From the NCBI GenBank assembly GCA_966251135.1, contig CBINKC010000003.1:9139-73138 (forward strand): a DNA stretch of 64,000 nt, written 5' to 3'. How positions within the stretch are numbered: position 1 is the stretch's first letter; every line of letters begins with the position of its first letter. Source of the stretch: an uncultured Burkholderiaceae bacterium (GTDB lineage Bacteria > Pseudomonadota > Gammaproteobacteria > Burkholderiales > Burkholderiaceae_C). The position numbers and the translations under genes are program-made. Under the pieces are notes generated by a model. That model did not search any database and was not told the DNA's origin. It was given only the letters and a program-made list of their open reading frames with translations. Of the stretch, positions 1-9,434 are shown in pieces.

Positions 1-450
1 CACCCGCACCTGCGCCAGATGCTCGGCGCGTGTCGTGGAAGGCCGCCCGGCGGGATGGAGCGGAAAGCCGAAGAACACGAGCGCGCACACGCCGGGCAGC
101 GGTTCGGCGGCCTGGGTCAGGGAGGTCATGCGGGCGCCGAAAGACTTGCCCGCGGCCACCAGCGGAACACCCGGCCACAGGCGCGCGGCCTCGGCCACCG
201 CGGCGCGCACGGTCGCCTGGGCAAGAGGTGGGGGATCGGTGCGCTTGCTGCCTCGTTCCATGTACGGAAAGTTGAAGCGCAGGGTGGCGATGCCCCGCTC
301 ATGCAGCCCCTGGGCGACAGCCGCCATGAAGGGATGCGTCATGCCCGCGCCCGCGCCATGGGCCAGGACCATGGCGGCCCGAGGGTGAGGGGGCGCCGCG
401 GGGAGCGACGAAACGGTGAGGGTGTCGTGGATGGCGAGGGGGTGGGTCAT
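1..450 (-). CDS. Alpha/beta-fold hydrolase (dienelactone hydrolase/KANL3-Tex30-like), 3' end truncated by window edge
   Basis: Not in ORF track (runs off the window). Manual translation: MTHPLAIHDTLTVSSLPAAPPHPRAAMVLAHGAGAGMTHPFM...RFNFPYM...AAGKSFGARM...FFGFPLHPAG. HGAG oxyanion motif and GKSFG nucleophile elbow. Confidence 0.85.
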   Translation of the reverse strand, partial: MTHPLAIHDTLTVSSLPAAPPHPRAAMVLAHGAGAGMTHPFMAAVAQGLHERGIATLRFNFPYMERGSKRTDPPPLAQATVRAAVAEAARLWPGVPLVAAGKSFGARMTSLTQAAEPLPGVCALVFFGFPLHPAGRPSTTRAEHLAQVRV

Positions 451-630
451 GGAAGGAGTGACGCAAGGCGGCAGATGAGGCCCTGCCGGGAACCACGGCT
501 GCTTCGCTGCCCTCTTCAGATGACCGCCGAGAATGCGCGTTGAGCCGGCCTCTCTTACCATGCCCTTTCTACCCGACAGGGCCCCCTCGCAGGAGACCGC
601 GTGGAAATGACATTTCCGAGGGCAGCCCTT

Positions 631-843
631 ATGGCACCATCCTCCCCCCACCCGCGACGTGCGCGCCGCTGGTCGTCCTCGACCTGCGACCCACCTTCGG
701 CATCCGACGCATCTTCGGCGACCCGGCGCCAACCGAACTGTCGCTGTTCCTCGACGTCCCGCGAACTTCGAGTCGGTGTCCCACGCACCGTCGGTGCACG
801 CCGCTGCAGTGGCCCGAACCTTGTTGAGATCGTCGTGACCTGA
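631..843 (+). pseudogene. Internally deleted remnant of a benzoylformate decarboxylase-like ThDP enzyme
   Basis: One frame gives VLDLRPTFGIRRIFGDPAPTELSLFLDVP, resembling the N-terminal FGNPGSTELP motif. Another frame ends GPNLVEIVVT*, resembling the C-terminus. About 210 bp in total, with frameshifts. Confidence 0.55.
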
Positions 844-902
844 AAGCGCGGTACCGTGGCACCTTTCCCCTAGGGCGCGCCCGTACTGCGAAGGAAACCC
901 GC

Positions 903-1925
903 ATGAGTATTCCCCCGCCCTCTTTCGCCCATCGCCGCAAGGCGCTCGCCACCGTCGCCGCCATCGCCGCCGGGGCCTGCATGGGCACACCGTGGCCGGC
1001 CTTTGCCGGCACGCTGCAGGCTCCCGCCGACTGGCCCTCCAAGCCCATCAGGGTGATCGTCAACTTCCCGCCGGACGACGCGGCCGACCAGATCGCACGC
1101 GCCGTGGCCCAGCCGCTGCAGGAAGCGCTGCGGCAGCCGGTGGTCATCGAGAACAGGGCCGGCTCGAGCGGCAACATCGGCGGCGACGCCGTGGCCAAGT
1201 CCGCCCCTGATGGCTACACCCTGCTCATGAGCTCCGGCAGCATGGTCTCGGTCAACCCGCAGCTCTATTCCAAAATGAGCTTCGACCCCGCAAAGGACCT
1301 GGTGCCCGTGGCCGCCGCAGCCCGGGTGCTCGTGTTCCTGGTCACGCGGCCCGACTTCCCGGCCAACAACGTCAAGGAGTTCCTCGCCTACCTGAAGGCG
1401 AACCCGGGCAAGGTGCGCTATGGGTCGACGGGCAACGGCAGCGCATCGCACCTGGCCACCGAGATGATGAAAAGCCAGGCCGGCGTGGATGCCGTTCACG
1501 TGCCCTATGGTGGCGCGGCACCGGCGCTGCAAGGCCTGCTGGCCGGGCAGATCCAGTTCCTGATGGACCCGGGCATCGGCATGCCGCATGTGCAAGGCGG
1601 CAGGCTCAAGCTGCTGGCCATCGGCAGCCCGCGGCGCTCGCCGCTGTTTCCCAACGTGCCCACTCTCGACGAGGCCGGGCTCAAGGGCTTCGACGCCGAC
1701 ACCTTGTTCGGCTTCTACGCGCCGGCCGGCACGCCGCAGAAGATCATCGAGCGGCTCAATTCCGAGATCAACCGCATCCTGATGACGCAGCCGGTACAGG
1801 ACCGCATCCATGCGCTGGGCGGCGCACCCGCGCCGATGACACCGGGCGAACTCGCGGCGCGCGCACGGGAGGACTCCATGCGCTTCAGCGCCCTCATCAA
1901 GGCACGCAAGATCGCCGGCGATTGA
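903..1925 (+). CDS. Bug/TctC tripartite tricarboxylate transporter substrate-binding protein
   Basis: WPSKPIRVIVNFPP, VVIENRAGSSGNIG, APDGYTLL, HVPYGGAAPAL motifs; signal-like N-terminus. Confidence 0.93.
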   Translation: MSIPPPSFAHRRKALATVAAIAAGACMGTPWPAFAGTLQAPADWPSKPIRVIVNFPPDDAADQIARAVAQPLQEALRQPVVIENRAGSSGNIGGDAVAKSAPDGYTLLMSSGSMVSVNPQLYSKMSFDPAKDLVPVAAAARVLVFLVTRPDFPANNVKEFLAYLKANPGKVRYGSTGNGSASHLATEMMKSQAGVDAVHVPYGGAAPALQGLLAGQIQFLMDPGIGMPHVQGGRLKLLAIGSPRRSPLFPNVPTLDEAGLKGFDADTLFGFYAPAGTPQKIIERLNSEINRILMTQPVQDRIHALGGAPAPMTPGELAARAREDSMRFSALIKARKIAGD

Positions 1926-1944
1926 TATCGCCGGCCGCGCATCG

Positions 1945-2424
1945 ATGAAGACACTGCCACGCGGCTTCACGCTGATCGAGATGATCGTCGTGCTTGCCAT
2001 CATCGCCATCCTCGCCACGATCGCCATGCCCAGCTTCCAGGCGAAGCTGGTGCGAGACCAGATCATCGAAGCCGCCAAGCTGGCGGAAGTCGCCAAGGGG
2101 CCCGTTGCGAACATGTGGCGCGACACGCAGACACTACCGCGCGACAACGAAGCTGCGGGCCTGCCGGTCGCGGACAAGATCGTCAGCACCTGGATCAGTT
2201 CGCTGGCGGTGGAAGATGGTGCGATCCATCTCACGTTCGGCAACCAGGCCAACGCGGCCCTCAGGGGCCGTCACCTCACGTTCCGGCCGGCGGTGGTCGA
2301 CGATGCGCCCATCGTGCCGGTCTCGTGGGTCTGCGGGCAAGCAAAGGCGCCCGAAAAGATGGTGGCCATGGGCGTCGACAAGACGGACGTGGAATCGAGA
2401 TTCCTGCCTTTGAACTGCCGCTGA
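1945..2424 (+). CDS. Type IVa pilin
   Basis: Class III signal RG|FTLIEMIVVLAIIAILATIAMP; C-terminal Cys pair (WVCG...LPLNCR). Confidence 0.9.
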   Translation: MKTLPRGFTLIEMIVVLAIIAILATIAMPSFQAKLVRDQIIEAAKLAEVAKGPVANMWRDTQTLPRDNEAAGLPVADKIVSTWISSLAVEDGAIHLTFGNQANAALRGRHLTFRPAVVDDAPIVPVSWVCGQAKAPEKMVAMGVDKTDVESRFLPLNCR

Positions 2425-2480
2425 AGGCCCTGCGCGCTGGCCACGCCGCATTCATTCACACCTTCTGGCGCATCAGCTCG

Positions 2481-3128
2481 TCATCCTCCCGGCATCGCAA
2501 GCAAGAGGCTCGCCCCACCCGCAACCAGCAGGCTCATCGCCCACACCGTGTCGAGGTTCAGCCAGCCGCGCTTGAGGTGTCGCAGGCCCAGGTAGCGGTA
2601 CACCAGCCACGCACAGGTGAGCCCCATGCCCATCATCGCGACCGTGTGCACCAGCGACACGGCCAGCGCGGTGGATAGGCCGCCAGCCATGAGGCTCGAC
2701 GCGCCGGCCGCAGCCTCGCACAGGCCGAGCGCGAAGGGCAGCAGCATGATCCCGGCGCCGTGTGCCGTGGCGATCACGAACGACCACCACAACAGCTGCG
2801 TCGGGCGGATGCGTGCCAGCCAGCGCGGGTGGCGGCGCTGCACGAGCCGGTAGGCGCCGAAGGCGATCACCACCAGCGCGGCGCCGATGCGCACGGGTCG
2901 CTGCCACACCGCCGCCATGGCCAGCACGCTGAAGGGCAGCAGCACGAGGCCCATCGCCAGGAAGTGGCCGGCAGCCAGCGGCAGCACGGTGGCCACGACC
3001 GCGCCGGCGCGGCGCTCGCTCAAACCGTTGGCCACCGCCAGCGGCCAACCCATGGCGGGATTCAGGCCGTGGTAGGCGCCCAGGCCGGCCACCGCCCACC
3101 ACAGCGCCGCAGTGCTGCCTTCGCCCAT
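2481..3128 (-). CDS. Conserved membrane protein linked to SBP56 (multi-TM, His-Gly motifs)
   Basis: About 6 hydrophobic segments; YHGLNPAMGWPLAVA and ATAHGAGIML motifs; start re-assigned to ATG at 3128, 25 bp after the SBP56 stop. Confidence 0.75.
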   Translation of the reverse strand: MGEGSTAALWWAVAGLGAYHGLNPAMGWPLAVANGLSERRAGAVVATVLPLAAGHFLAMGLVLLPFSVLAMAAVWQRPVRIGAALVVIAFGAYRLVQRRHPRWLARIRPTQLLWWSFVIATAHGAGIMLLPFALGLCEAAAGASSLMAGGLSTALAVSLVHTVAMMGMGLTCAWLVYRYLGLRHLKRGWLNLDTVWAMSLLVAGGASLLLAMPGG

Positions 3129-3153
3129 CGCAGCTCGGCCCGACCCAGCCCGC

Positions 3154-4560
3154 TCACACCGACGAATAGCAGAACGAGTCGGTCGAGCAGTCGCCGCCTT
3201 CAAGGCGGATCTGGTGGGCGCCGTAATCGGGCCCGAAGTCGATGAAGAAGCCGGGCTCCAGGCTCAGGCCACCCCCAGGCTGAGCGCGGCACATGACCTG
3301 GGCGCCGGACACGCCCGCCGGATAGAACTGCGTGTCCCAGCGGCTGTAGAGGCCGTTGGTGAAATACACGCGCTCGCCGTCGCGGCTGACCTCGGTCATC
3401 TGCGGCCCGCCAGCGAACGGCCTGCCGCTTGGATGCACGTCGTGCCTGGCGATGCCACCCACGCGCACGCTGCCGGTGAGCTTGGGCTGCATCGGGTCGG
3501 TCACGTCGTACTGGCGCAACTCGCCCGTGCCCCAGCAGGCCACGTACAGGAAGCGGTCGTCGAGCGTCAGGTCGATGTCGCTCACCAGCGGCGGCACCGC
3601 GCCGAAACCCTGCAGCAAGGGCGGCAGCTGCGACTTGTCCGCCGGCTCGGCCGGGATCGTCGCGGTCTTGCGTGCCTGGAAGCCGCCGTTTTCGCGGTAC
3701 CAGGTCCAGATGGACGCCTCGAGGTTGGTCGTGTCGACGACCACGCCCACGAAGCCGTACTCGCGCGCGGGATCGTGGGCCGGACGCACCTCCAGCGGCA
3801 TCTGGTGGTTGGCGCCCAGGTCGATGGTCTGCAGGTGCTTGCGACCGCGCAGATCCCAGAAGTGCAGGCGATGGCCGTAGCGGTTGGACAGCAGGTCCTC
3901 GGCCACGAGGCCGTTCTCGAACTGCGGTGGCAGGCCCCATTCGCTCGACACCATCCAGTCGCGCGGCAGGTTCCACCAGAAGTCGTAGTGCAGTTGCTGC
4001 GGCCCGCGGTCGATCTCCCACTTGCCGAGGATCTCGAATATCTCGCAGTCGAGGATGAACACACCCGGCGGTCCCTGGGTGCCGTAGGGCCCGGCACCCC
4101 CCAGCGTGCTGATGTAGATGCCCTCGGGCCCGCAGTGCACGGTGTGCGGCCGCGAATACCCGGTTTTTCGGAACACCTCCTCGGGCTCGATCACCTTGGC
4201 AAGCGTGGGCCGGCGCGGGTCGGGCTGGGTGTCGACGATGTAGATGCGCGACGAGCGGATGCCGGGAATGATCAGGTAGCGCCGGCGCAGGAACGCATGC
4301 CCTGACATGGGCGAGAGCGCCGAGGAGCAGGCGTTCCATCCGAAATGGTGGAACTCGTCGCCGCGGTAGGGCATGTCCAGCCGATGCACCGTCGTGCCGT
4401 AGGTTGGCGAGGCGGGGTCGACGTCGACGACGGCGAGCGCATCGGGGCGCGAGGCGTCGGGCGAGAGCAGCACGGTGTAGGCGATGTGCTCTCGCTCGGC
4501 CTCCATGGCCAGGCGCGGCGAGGCGTGGAAGGTCGGATCGGGGCGTACGGACTCGAGCAT
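3154..4560 (-). CDS. Selenium-binding protein 56 family (methanethiol oxidase-like), cytoplasmic form
   Basis: GDEFHHFGWNACSS, PHTVHC, YDFWW..SSEWG, GGPQM, LYSRWDTQFYP motifs of the SBP56/SELENBP1 family; start at ATG 4560 after an AGGAG RBS; no signal peptide. Confidence 0.9.
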   Translation of the reverse strand: MLESVRPDPTFHASPRLAMEAEREHIAYTVLLSPDASRPDALAVVDVDPASPTYGTTVHRLDMPYRGDEFHHFGWNACSSALSPMSGHAFLRRRYLIIPGIRSSRIYIVDTQPDPRRPTLAKVIEPEEVFRKTGYSRPHTVHCGPEGIYISTLGGAGPYGTQGPPGVFILDCEIFEILGKWEIDRGPQQLHYDFWWNLPRDWMVSSEWGLPPQFENGLVAEDLLSNRYGHRLHFWDLRGRKHLQTIDLGANHQMPLEVRPAHDPAREYGFVGVVVDTTNLEASIWTWYRENGGFQARKTATIPAEPADKSQLPPLLQGFGAVPPLVSDIDLTLDDRFLYVACWGTGELRQYDVTDPMQPKLTGSVRVGGIARHDVHPSGRPFAGGPQMTEVSRDGERVYFTNGLYSRWDTQFYPAGVSGAQVMCRAQPGGGLSLEPGFFIDFGPDYGAHQIRLEGGDCSTDSFCYSSV

Positions 4561-5018
4561 GGGATCTCCTTCGTCACGTGCGGACCGAGGACAGGCGGCC
4601 CTGCTCTGCGGCTCGCCGCGGCCATGCGGCGGATGGCGCGCAAGAAGCGAAAGCGCACCCTGCCGAGCGGCGCGTCGACGCGCCGCGGGCATGTGCTCCA
4701 CGAGAGACGCAGTGAACCGTCCGTGCCCGGCAGATCGAGGTTGAGCAGGCACTGTGAACCTCGCCGCGCGCCGCCGACAGGCGGGAATACCACGGCTTGA
4801 AAACCGCACAAGAGCTTTTCTGCTGGGCAAGCTCGCCGCCACCACCGCGCCCGAGCGCGCCTGATCGCGCCTGATCGCGCCCGATCTTCAGACAAATGGT
4901 TACGTATGACCCCACCGCAGGGGGTTTCCGAGACATCGTGTTGCATTGCACGGTTCATAGCCGCTACCCTGCCGGGCCACGGCCTACCCGGCCGGACACG
5001 CCAACATCCACTCCCCCA

Positions 5019-5702
5019 ATGAAACCCATCGTTCTCGAGCCCTACGGGCATCGACGGCCAGCGCGTCGTGTGCCGCGCTGGCTGGTCTTGCTGGTCACTG
5101 GCGCCGCTGTGGGCGCGGCGGGCGTGCTCGTCATTCAGGATCGCTTCTTGCCCCCCCGGCTCTCGGCACAGGCCACGGCCGAGCTGCGCAGCGCCTACGA
5201 GCAGGCCGACCAGGAGCGGCAGCAGTTGCGGCTGCAGCTGGCCGACGCCACGCAGCGACTGGAAGTCACCTCCGCCGACAAGGCGCGGCTGGCCGACGAA
5301 CTGGCGGCCAGCCGCAGCACCGTGCAAGACCTGCGCGAAGACGTGGCCGCGCTCGTCGAGGTGCTTCCTCCCGATCCGCGTGGCGGCCAAGTGCAGGTAC
5401 GGGCTGCACGCTTCACCACCGGCAGCGGCAAGCTGCAGTACGACCTGGTGCTCTCGCGTGAACGCGGCGCCGCCGGCAAGTCGCTCCAGGGCGTGGTGCA
5501 GTTCGTGGTGGCCGGCGAGCCGGCACGCGGGCGGCCGGCATCGATCGTCACCGACCCCATCGCCATCAACCTGGGCCGCTATGAAAGCGTGCGCGGCGAT
5601 GTGCCGCTACCCGAGAGCTTCCGGCCGCGCCAGACCACCGTGAACGTGCTCGACCGCGCCGGCGGCAACGTGCTGGGCCGGCGCGTGCTCAACATCAAGT
5701 AG
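5019..5702 (+). CDS. Membrane-anchored coiled-coil protein (DUF6776-like)
   Basis: N-terminal TM (WLVLLVTGAAVGAAGVLVI), coiled coil, C-terminal beta domain ending F.PRQTTVNV; high-GC3 ORF. Confidence 0.6.
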   Translation: MKPIVLEPYGHRRPARRVPRWLVLLVTGAAVGAAGVLVIQDRFLPPRLSAQATAELRSAYEQADQERQQLRLQLADATQRLEVTSADKARLADELAASRSTVQDLREDVAALVEVLPPDPRGGQVQVRAARFTTGSGKLQYDLVLSRERGAAGKSLQGVVQFVVAGEPARGRPASIVTDPIAINLGRYESVRGDVPLPESFRPRQTTVNVLDRAGGNVLGRRVLNIK

Positions 5703-5846
5703 GAAGCGCCCGACGCGAGATCGCGGCACGAGACGACGCCCGGCGCCCTGCCCCGCTCCTAAGCTTCATCCACCTTGGCGGCTGTTCATGTGGCGGTGAT
5801 AGGGCTGGTCATGTGGATGAGCCGCCGGTCAACCTGAGGAGCAATC

Positions 5847-6116
5847 ATGAACTTGATCATTTGGCTCGTGGTCGGCGGCCTCGTCGGATGGGTCGCCAGC
5901 ATGCTGATGCGCACGAACGCGCAGCAAGGCCTGTTGCTCAACGTGGTGGTCGGCATCGTGGGCGCCTTCCTCGGCGGCCTCCTGCTGGCGCCGATGTTGG
6001 GCACGGGCACGATCAACAGCAGCGACTTCAGCCTGCCCAGCCTGGGCGTCTCGTTGCTGGGGGCCGTGATCCTGCTGGCCATCGTGAACCTGTTTCGCCG
6101 CGGCAGCATTCGATAG
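5847..6116 (+). CDS. GlsB/YeaQ/YmgE family stress-response membrane protein
   Basis: MNLIIWLVVGGLVGWVASMLM...GLLLNVVVGIVGAFLGG family signature; GAGGAG RBS. Confidence 0.92.
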   Translation: MNLIIWLVVGGLVGWVASMLMRTNAQQGLLLNVVVGIVGAFLGGLLLAPMLGTGTINSSDFSLPSLGVSLLGAVILLAIVNLFRRGSIR

Positions 6117-6197
6117 CCGTTCGTTGATGCGCGCCGGGCCCGGCGGGATCCCCCCCCCGGCCGGGCCTTGTCGCTTTCGTCTGTCCGTCTGTCCGCT

Positions 6198-7160
6198 TCA
6201 ACGAGCCCACGACGAACAGCTGTCGCGTATCGCCTCGGCGAGCAGCGGGACGCAGGACACCACCTTCAGCAGACGGCGCGCCGGGTGACCTGGCGGCAGC
6301 CGGAACGCGGGCACGCTGTCGGTGACCAGCACGTGGTCGATCCCGCCGCCGCCCAGCGTGTCGGCCGGCGATCCAACGAACAGGCCGTGGGCGGCACACG
6401 CCACCACGCGGGTGGCCCCGGCGCGCCGCAAGGCGCGGGCGGCGCGCTGCAGCGTGGTGCCGGTGGCGATGAGGTCGTCGAAAAGCAGCACGGTGGCGCC
6501 CTGCACGTCGCCGGCCACCAGCTCGGTGCCGCCGACCAGCCCCGCGCTGCGGCGCTTGTCCACCATGGCGAAGCCCACCGGCCACTTCAGCGCGCCTTCA
6601 AGATCCTCGCGCCACAGCTGCGCGCGCTTGCTGCCACCCGGATCCGGCGAGGCCACCGCCACGCGCTCGCCCAGCTGCATGGCCTCCACCGCGGGGGTGA
6701 AGACGTGCCGCACATCGAGATGCAGGGTCGGGATTCGAAACGCGTTCTGCAGCGCCGCCGGGTTGTGCGCTTCGAGCACGATGAGCTGCGCGGTGCCCAC
6801 CGCCTCGAACATCTGCGCCACGTAGCGCAGGCCCACCGGGTCGAACGGCTGGGTCTGGCGGTCCTTGCGCGCGTAGGCCAGGTAGGGCACTACGGCTGTC
6901 ACGCGTCGCGCGCCGTGGTCGCGCAGGGCGCCGATGAACATGAGCAGCCGCACGAGCTTGTCGTGCGGGCTGTCGTCGGGCCCGCCGTAGAGCCCCAGCA
7001 CGACATAGCAGTCCTCGCCGCGCGGCTCCACCAGGGGTCGCAGCTTGCGCTCGCCATCCTCGAACACACGCTCCTCGTGCGGCGACACGGTCAGGTCGAG
7101 CTCGTGCGCAAGCGCCTCGCCGAAGCTCGGGTCATTGCGGTCCAGGGCAAAGATCAGCAT
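6198..7160 (-). CDS. prs: Ribose-phosphate pyrophosphokinase (accessory paralog)
   Basis: FEDGE, VPYLAYARKDR, SPDPGG.KRA, VDKRR, DDLIATGTT motifs; start re-assigned to ATG 7160. Confidence 0.88.
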   Translation of the reverse strand: MLIFALDRNDPSFGEALAHELDLTVSPHEERVFEDGERKLRPLVEPRGEDCYVVLGLYGGPDDSPHDKLVRLLMFIGALRDHGARRVTAVVPYLAYARKDRQTQPFDPVGLRYVAQMFEAVGTAQLIVLEAHNPAALQNAFRIPTLHLDVRHVFTPAVEAMQLGERVAVASPDPGGSKRAQLWREDLEGALKWPVGFAMVDKRRSAGLVGGTELVAGDVQGATVLLFDDLIATGTTLQRAARALRRAGATRVVACAAHGLFVGSPADTLGGGGIDHVLVTDSVPAFRLPPGHPARRLLKVVSCVPLLAEAIRDSCSSWAR

Positions 7161-7315
7161 CGCAGCTCCATCGATCGTGTCCCGCCACCGGGTCCATGTC
7201 ACGTATTCCCAACTCACAACACTAGGCCGCACCGCACCGGTCGCCTTGCGCCCCGTCAATCGCCTCACCGCACGGACCCTCTCGCCGCCCCCGCAACGAG
7301 GTGGGGCCGCACCGT

Positions 7316-7356
7316 CTGATGCAGCGCAAGAATGGGCCGCGGGCAAGGCCAAGAAT
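7316..7356 (+). promoter_or_regulatory. FNR/Anr-like box (CTGAT-GCAG-CGCAA) with candidate -10 AAGAAT toward WS/DGAT
   Basis: Box at 7316-7329; -10 at 7351-7356 places the box centre at about -40.5. Confidence 0.45.
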
Positions 7357-7508
7357 CGCGAGTGCAGTGTTTGAAACACCGTGGTGCAAACCGCAGCGAT
7401 GCCCAGCGGCATCGCGAGGATTTGCAACGCTGCCAATGGGGGCGAAGTCGCGGCCCCATAAGTGCCGATCAGTGCGAAACACTGCACTAGTGGTTGGAGA
7501 GATGCGCC

Positions 7509-8834
7509 ATGAGCACCGAAGCGATGAGCCCATTGGACGCTGCCTGGTACCACATGGACGGCGCGGCCAATCCGGCCCTCGTGACCGGCGTGGCCCTCAC
7601 CGCGCAGCCGCTCGACTCCACCCGCACGCGCCACCTCCTTCGGCATCGCCTCCTGCACTTCCCGCGCTTCAGGCAGCGCGTGGTCGAGCAGGGACTGCCC
7701 TTGCCCACCCCGCACTGGGAGGACGTGGCCCACGTCGACATGAACGGGCACGTGCGGCGTGTAGCCCTGCCGGCACCCGGCGACGAGGCCGCCTTGCGCG
7801 CACTTCTGGGCGAGCTCGCCAGCATGCCGCTGGACCGCAGCCGCCCTCTGTGGGACGCCTGGGTCGTGGACAACGTGCAGGGCGGCGGCGCACTGGTGCT
7901 GCGCTACCACCATTGCATCGGCGACGGCCGGGCAATGATGAACGTGGCCGCGCGGCTGTTCGAGCTTGGTGCCGAAGACCGTGTCCGCATGGCCGCGCAT
8001 CCGCAAGCCTCGCCCTCACCGCCCGGCCTGCTCCGGCAAGCGGGACTGCTGCTGGACGGGGCAATAACTCTGGCCAGCGCGCTCGTGAAGTCGCCTGACC
8101 CCGAATCGCCCTTCAAGGGCGACTTCGCGCCCGGCCAGCGCGTGGCCTGGTCCGAGCCGGTGTCCATCGACGACGTCAAGGCCATCGGCGCGGCAAGCGG
8201 CGCGAAGGTGAACGACGTGCTGGTCGCGGCCCTGGCCGGCGCGCTGCGCACCTACCTGCAGCGCCGCGGGCTGGATGCGGACGCCACCACCTTGCGAGCG
8301 ATGGTGCCGGTCGACCTGCGCCCGCCCGAGCGGGGCGGCGAGCTGGGCAACGAGTTCGGGCTGGTGCTGCTGGACCTGCCCGTCCAGGAGCCGTCGGCGC
8401 AGCGCCGCCTGGCGCTCACCCAGTCGCGCATGAGCGCGCTCAAGCAGTCGTCGCAGGCTACGGCCATGCGGCTGCTGCTCGATCTGTTCGGGCGCGGCCC
8501 GAAACTGCTGGAGGACCTGGCCAGCGGCGTCTTCGGCAGCAAGGCGAGCGTGGTGCTCACCAACGTCATCGGCCCTCGGCACGCGGTGCATTTCGGCGGC
8601 GTGCCGGTCGAGCGCCTGATGTTCTGCGTGCCGCACCCTGGCGACCAGCTGGGCATGGGCATCAGCATCATGAGCTACGCCGGAGCCGCCACGCTGACGC
8701 TGCTGGCCGATGCACATCTGGTGCCCGATCCGCACGTGATCGCGCAGGCGTTTCACCACGAGTTCAACGCCATGCGAGCCGCGAGGGTTGTGCCGCGGGC
8801 GTCGCGTCGGCGCGCGTCCACACCGGCGCGCTGA
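7509..8834 (+). CDS. Wax ester synthase/diacylglycerol acyltransferase (WS/DGAT)
   Basis: Catalytic YHHCIGDG (HHxxxDG), LDRSRPLW, KVNDVLVA, MVPVDLR, TNVIGP motifs. Confidence 0.92.
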   Translation: MSTEAMSPLDAAWYHMDGAANPALVTGVALTAQPLDSTRTRHLLRHRLLHFPRFRQRVVEQGLPLPTPHWEDVAHVDMNGHVRRVALPAPGDEAALRALLGELASMPLDRSRPLWDAWVVDNVQGGGALVLRYHHCIGDGRAMMNVAARLFELGAEDRVRMAAHPQASPSPPGLLRQAGLLLDGAITLASALVKSPDPESPFKGDFAPGQRVAWSEPVSIDDVKAIGAASGAKVNDVLVAALAGALRTYLQRRGLDADATTLRAMVPVDLRPPERGGELGNEFGLVLLDLPVQEPSAQRRLALTQSRMSALKQSSQATAMRLLLDLFGRGPKLLEDLASGVFGSKASVVLTNVIGPRHAVHFGGVPVERLMFCVPHPGDQLGMGISIMSYAGAATLTLLADAHLVPDPHVIAQAFHHEFNAMRAARVVPRASRRRASTPAR

Positions 8835-8837
8835 TCC

Positions 8838-8867
8838 GGTGTCCTGTCCGGACCGCGACAGGACACC
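8838..8867. other. Intergenic 11-bp perfect hairpin (ggtgtcctgtc / gacaggacacc)
   Basis: Lies immediately after the WS/DGAT stop; no U-tract, so more likely an mRNA stabiliser or processing site than a terminator. Confidence 0.5.
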
Positions 8868-8921
8868 CGTGGGTGCCGGCGACCGAGCGCCGGTTGTTTG
8901 TTCGTCAGTCCGAGGGGAATC

Positions 8922-9389
8922 ATGAAGTCCGAGCTGATACTCATCGCGAACTCGACCGAGGCGCGATTTTTCATCCGCAAGCCAGGCCAGGAGCGCTTGA
9001 CATTCCTGGAAACGCTGGAGCATCCCGAAGGCCGGCTCAAGGCCTCCGAGCTGGGCGACGACCGACCCGGCCACGGCAGCAGCGACCAGCGCCCCGGCGG
9101 TGTGCCGTTCACACCGCGCACCGACCCACACCACAAGGCGCACCTGCAGTTCGCCCACCGCCTGGCCGACCGCATCAATGAGCTCATGGCTGACGGCAGC
9201 CTCGGCGGCATCATGCTCTTCGCCTCGTCGCCCTTCCTCGGCGAGCTGAAAGCGGCGATGAGCGCGGCCGCGCAGAAGGCGGTGCACGCCACAGCGGACG
9301 TGGACCTGACCGCGGTGCCCGCAGGAGAACTCAACGCGCGATTGGGCGAAGAGCTGAGGCAGCGCGGCCGCGCTGCGGGACAGTCCTGA
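8922..9389 (+). CDS. Host attachment protein family (baeRF/AtsE-like)
   Basis: ILIANSTEARFF, LEHPEGRLKASELGDDRPG, FASSPFLGELK family pattern. Confidence 0.85.
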   Translation: MKSELILIANSTEARFFIRKPGQERLTFLETLEHPEGRLKASELGDDRPGHGSSDQRPGGVPFTPRTDPHHKAHLQFAHRLADRINELMADGSLGGIMLFASSPFLGELKAAMSAAAQKAVHATADVDLTAVPAGELNARLGEELRQRGRAAGQS

Positions 9390-9434
9390 CTGCCAGTCCC
9401 CTCTGCCGCGAGGCGGAGGACCGTGGCGCCTGCG

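Noticed and set aside
4561-4895. N-terminal extension of the SBP56 ORF and the (CGCGCCTGAT) mini-repeat near 4856-4885
   Set aside because: The extension has no family similarity and a good RBS precedes ATG 4560; the repeat has only about 2.5 copies.
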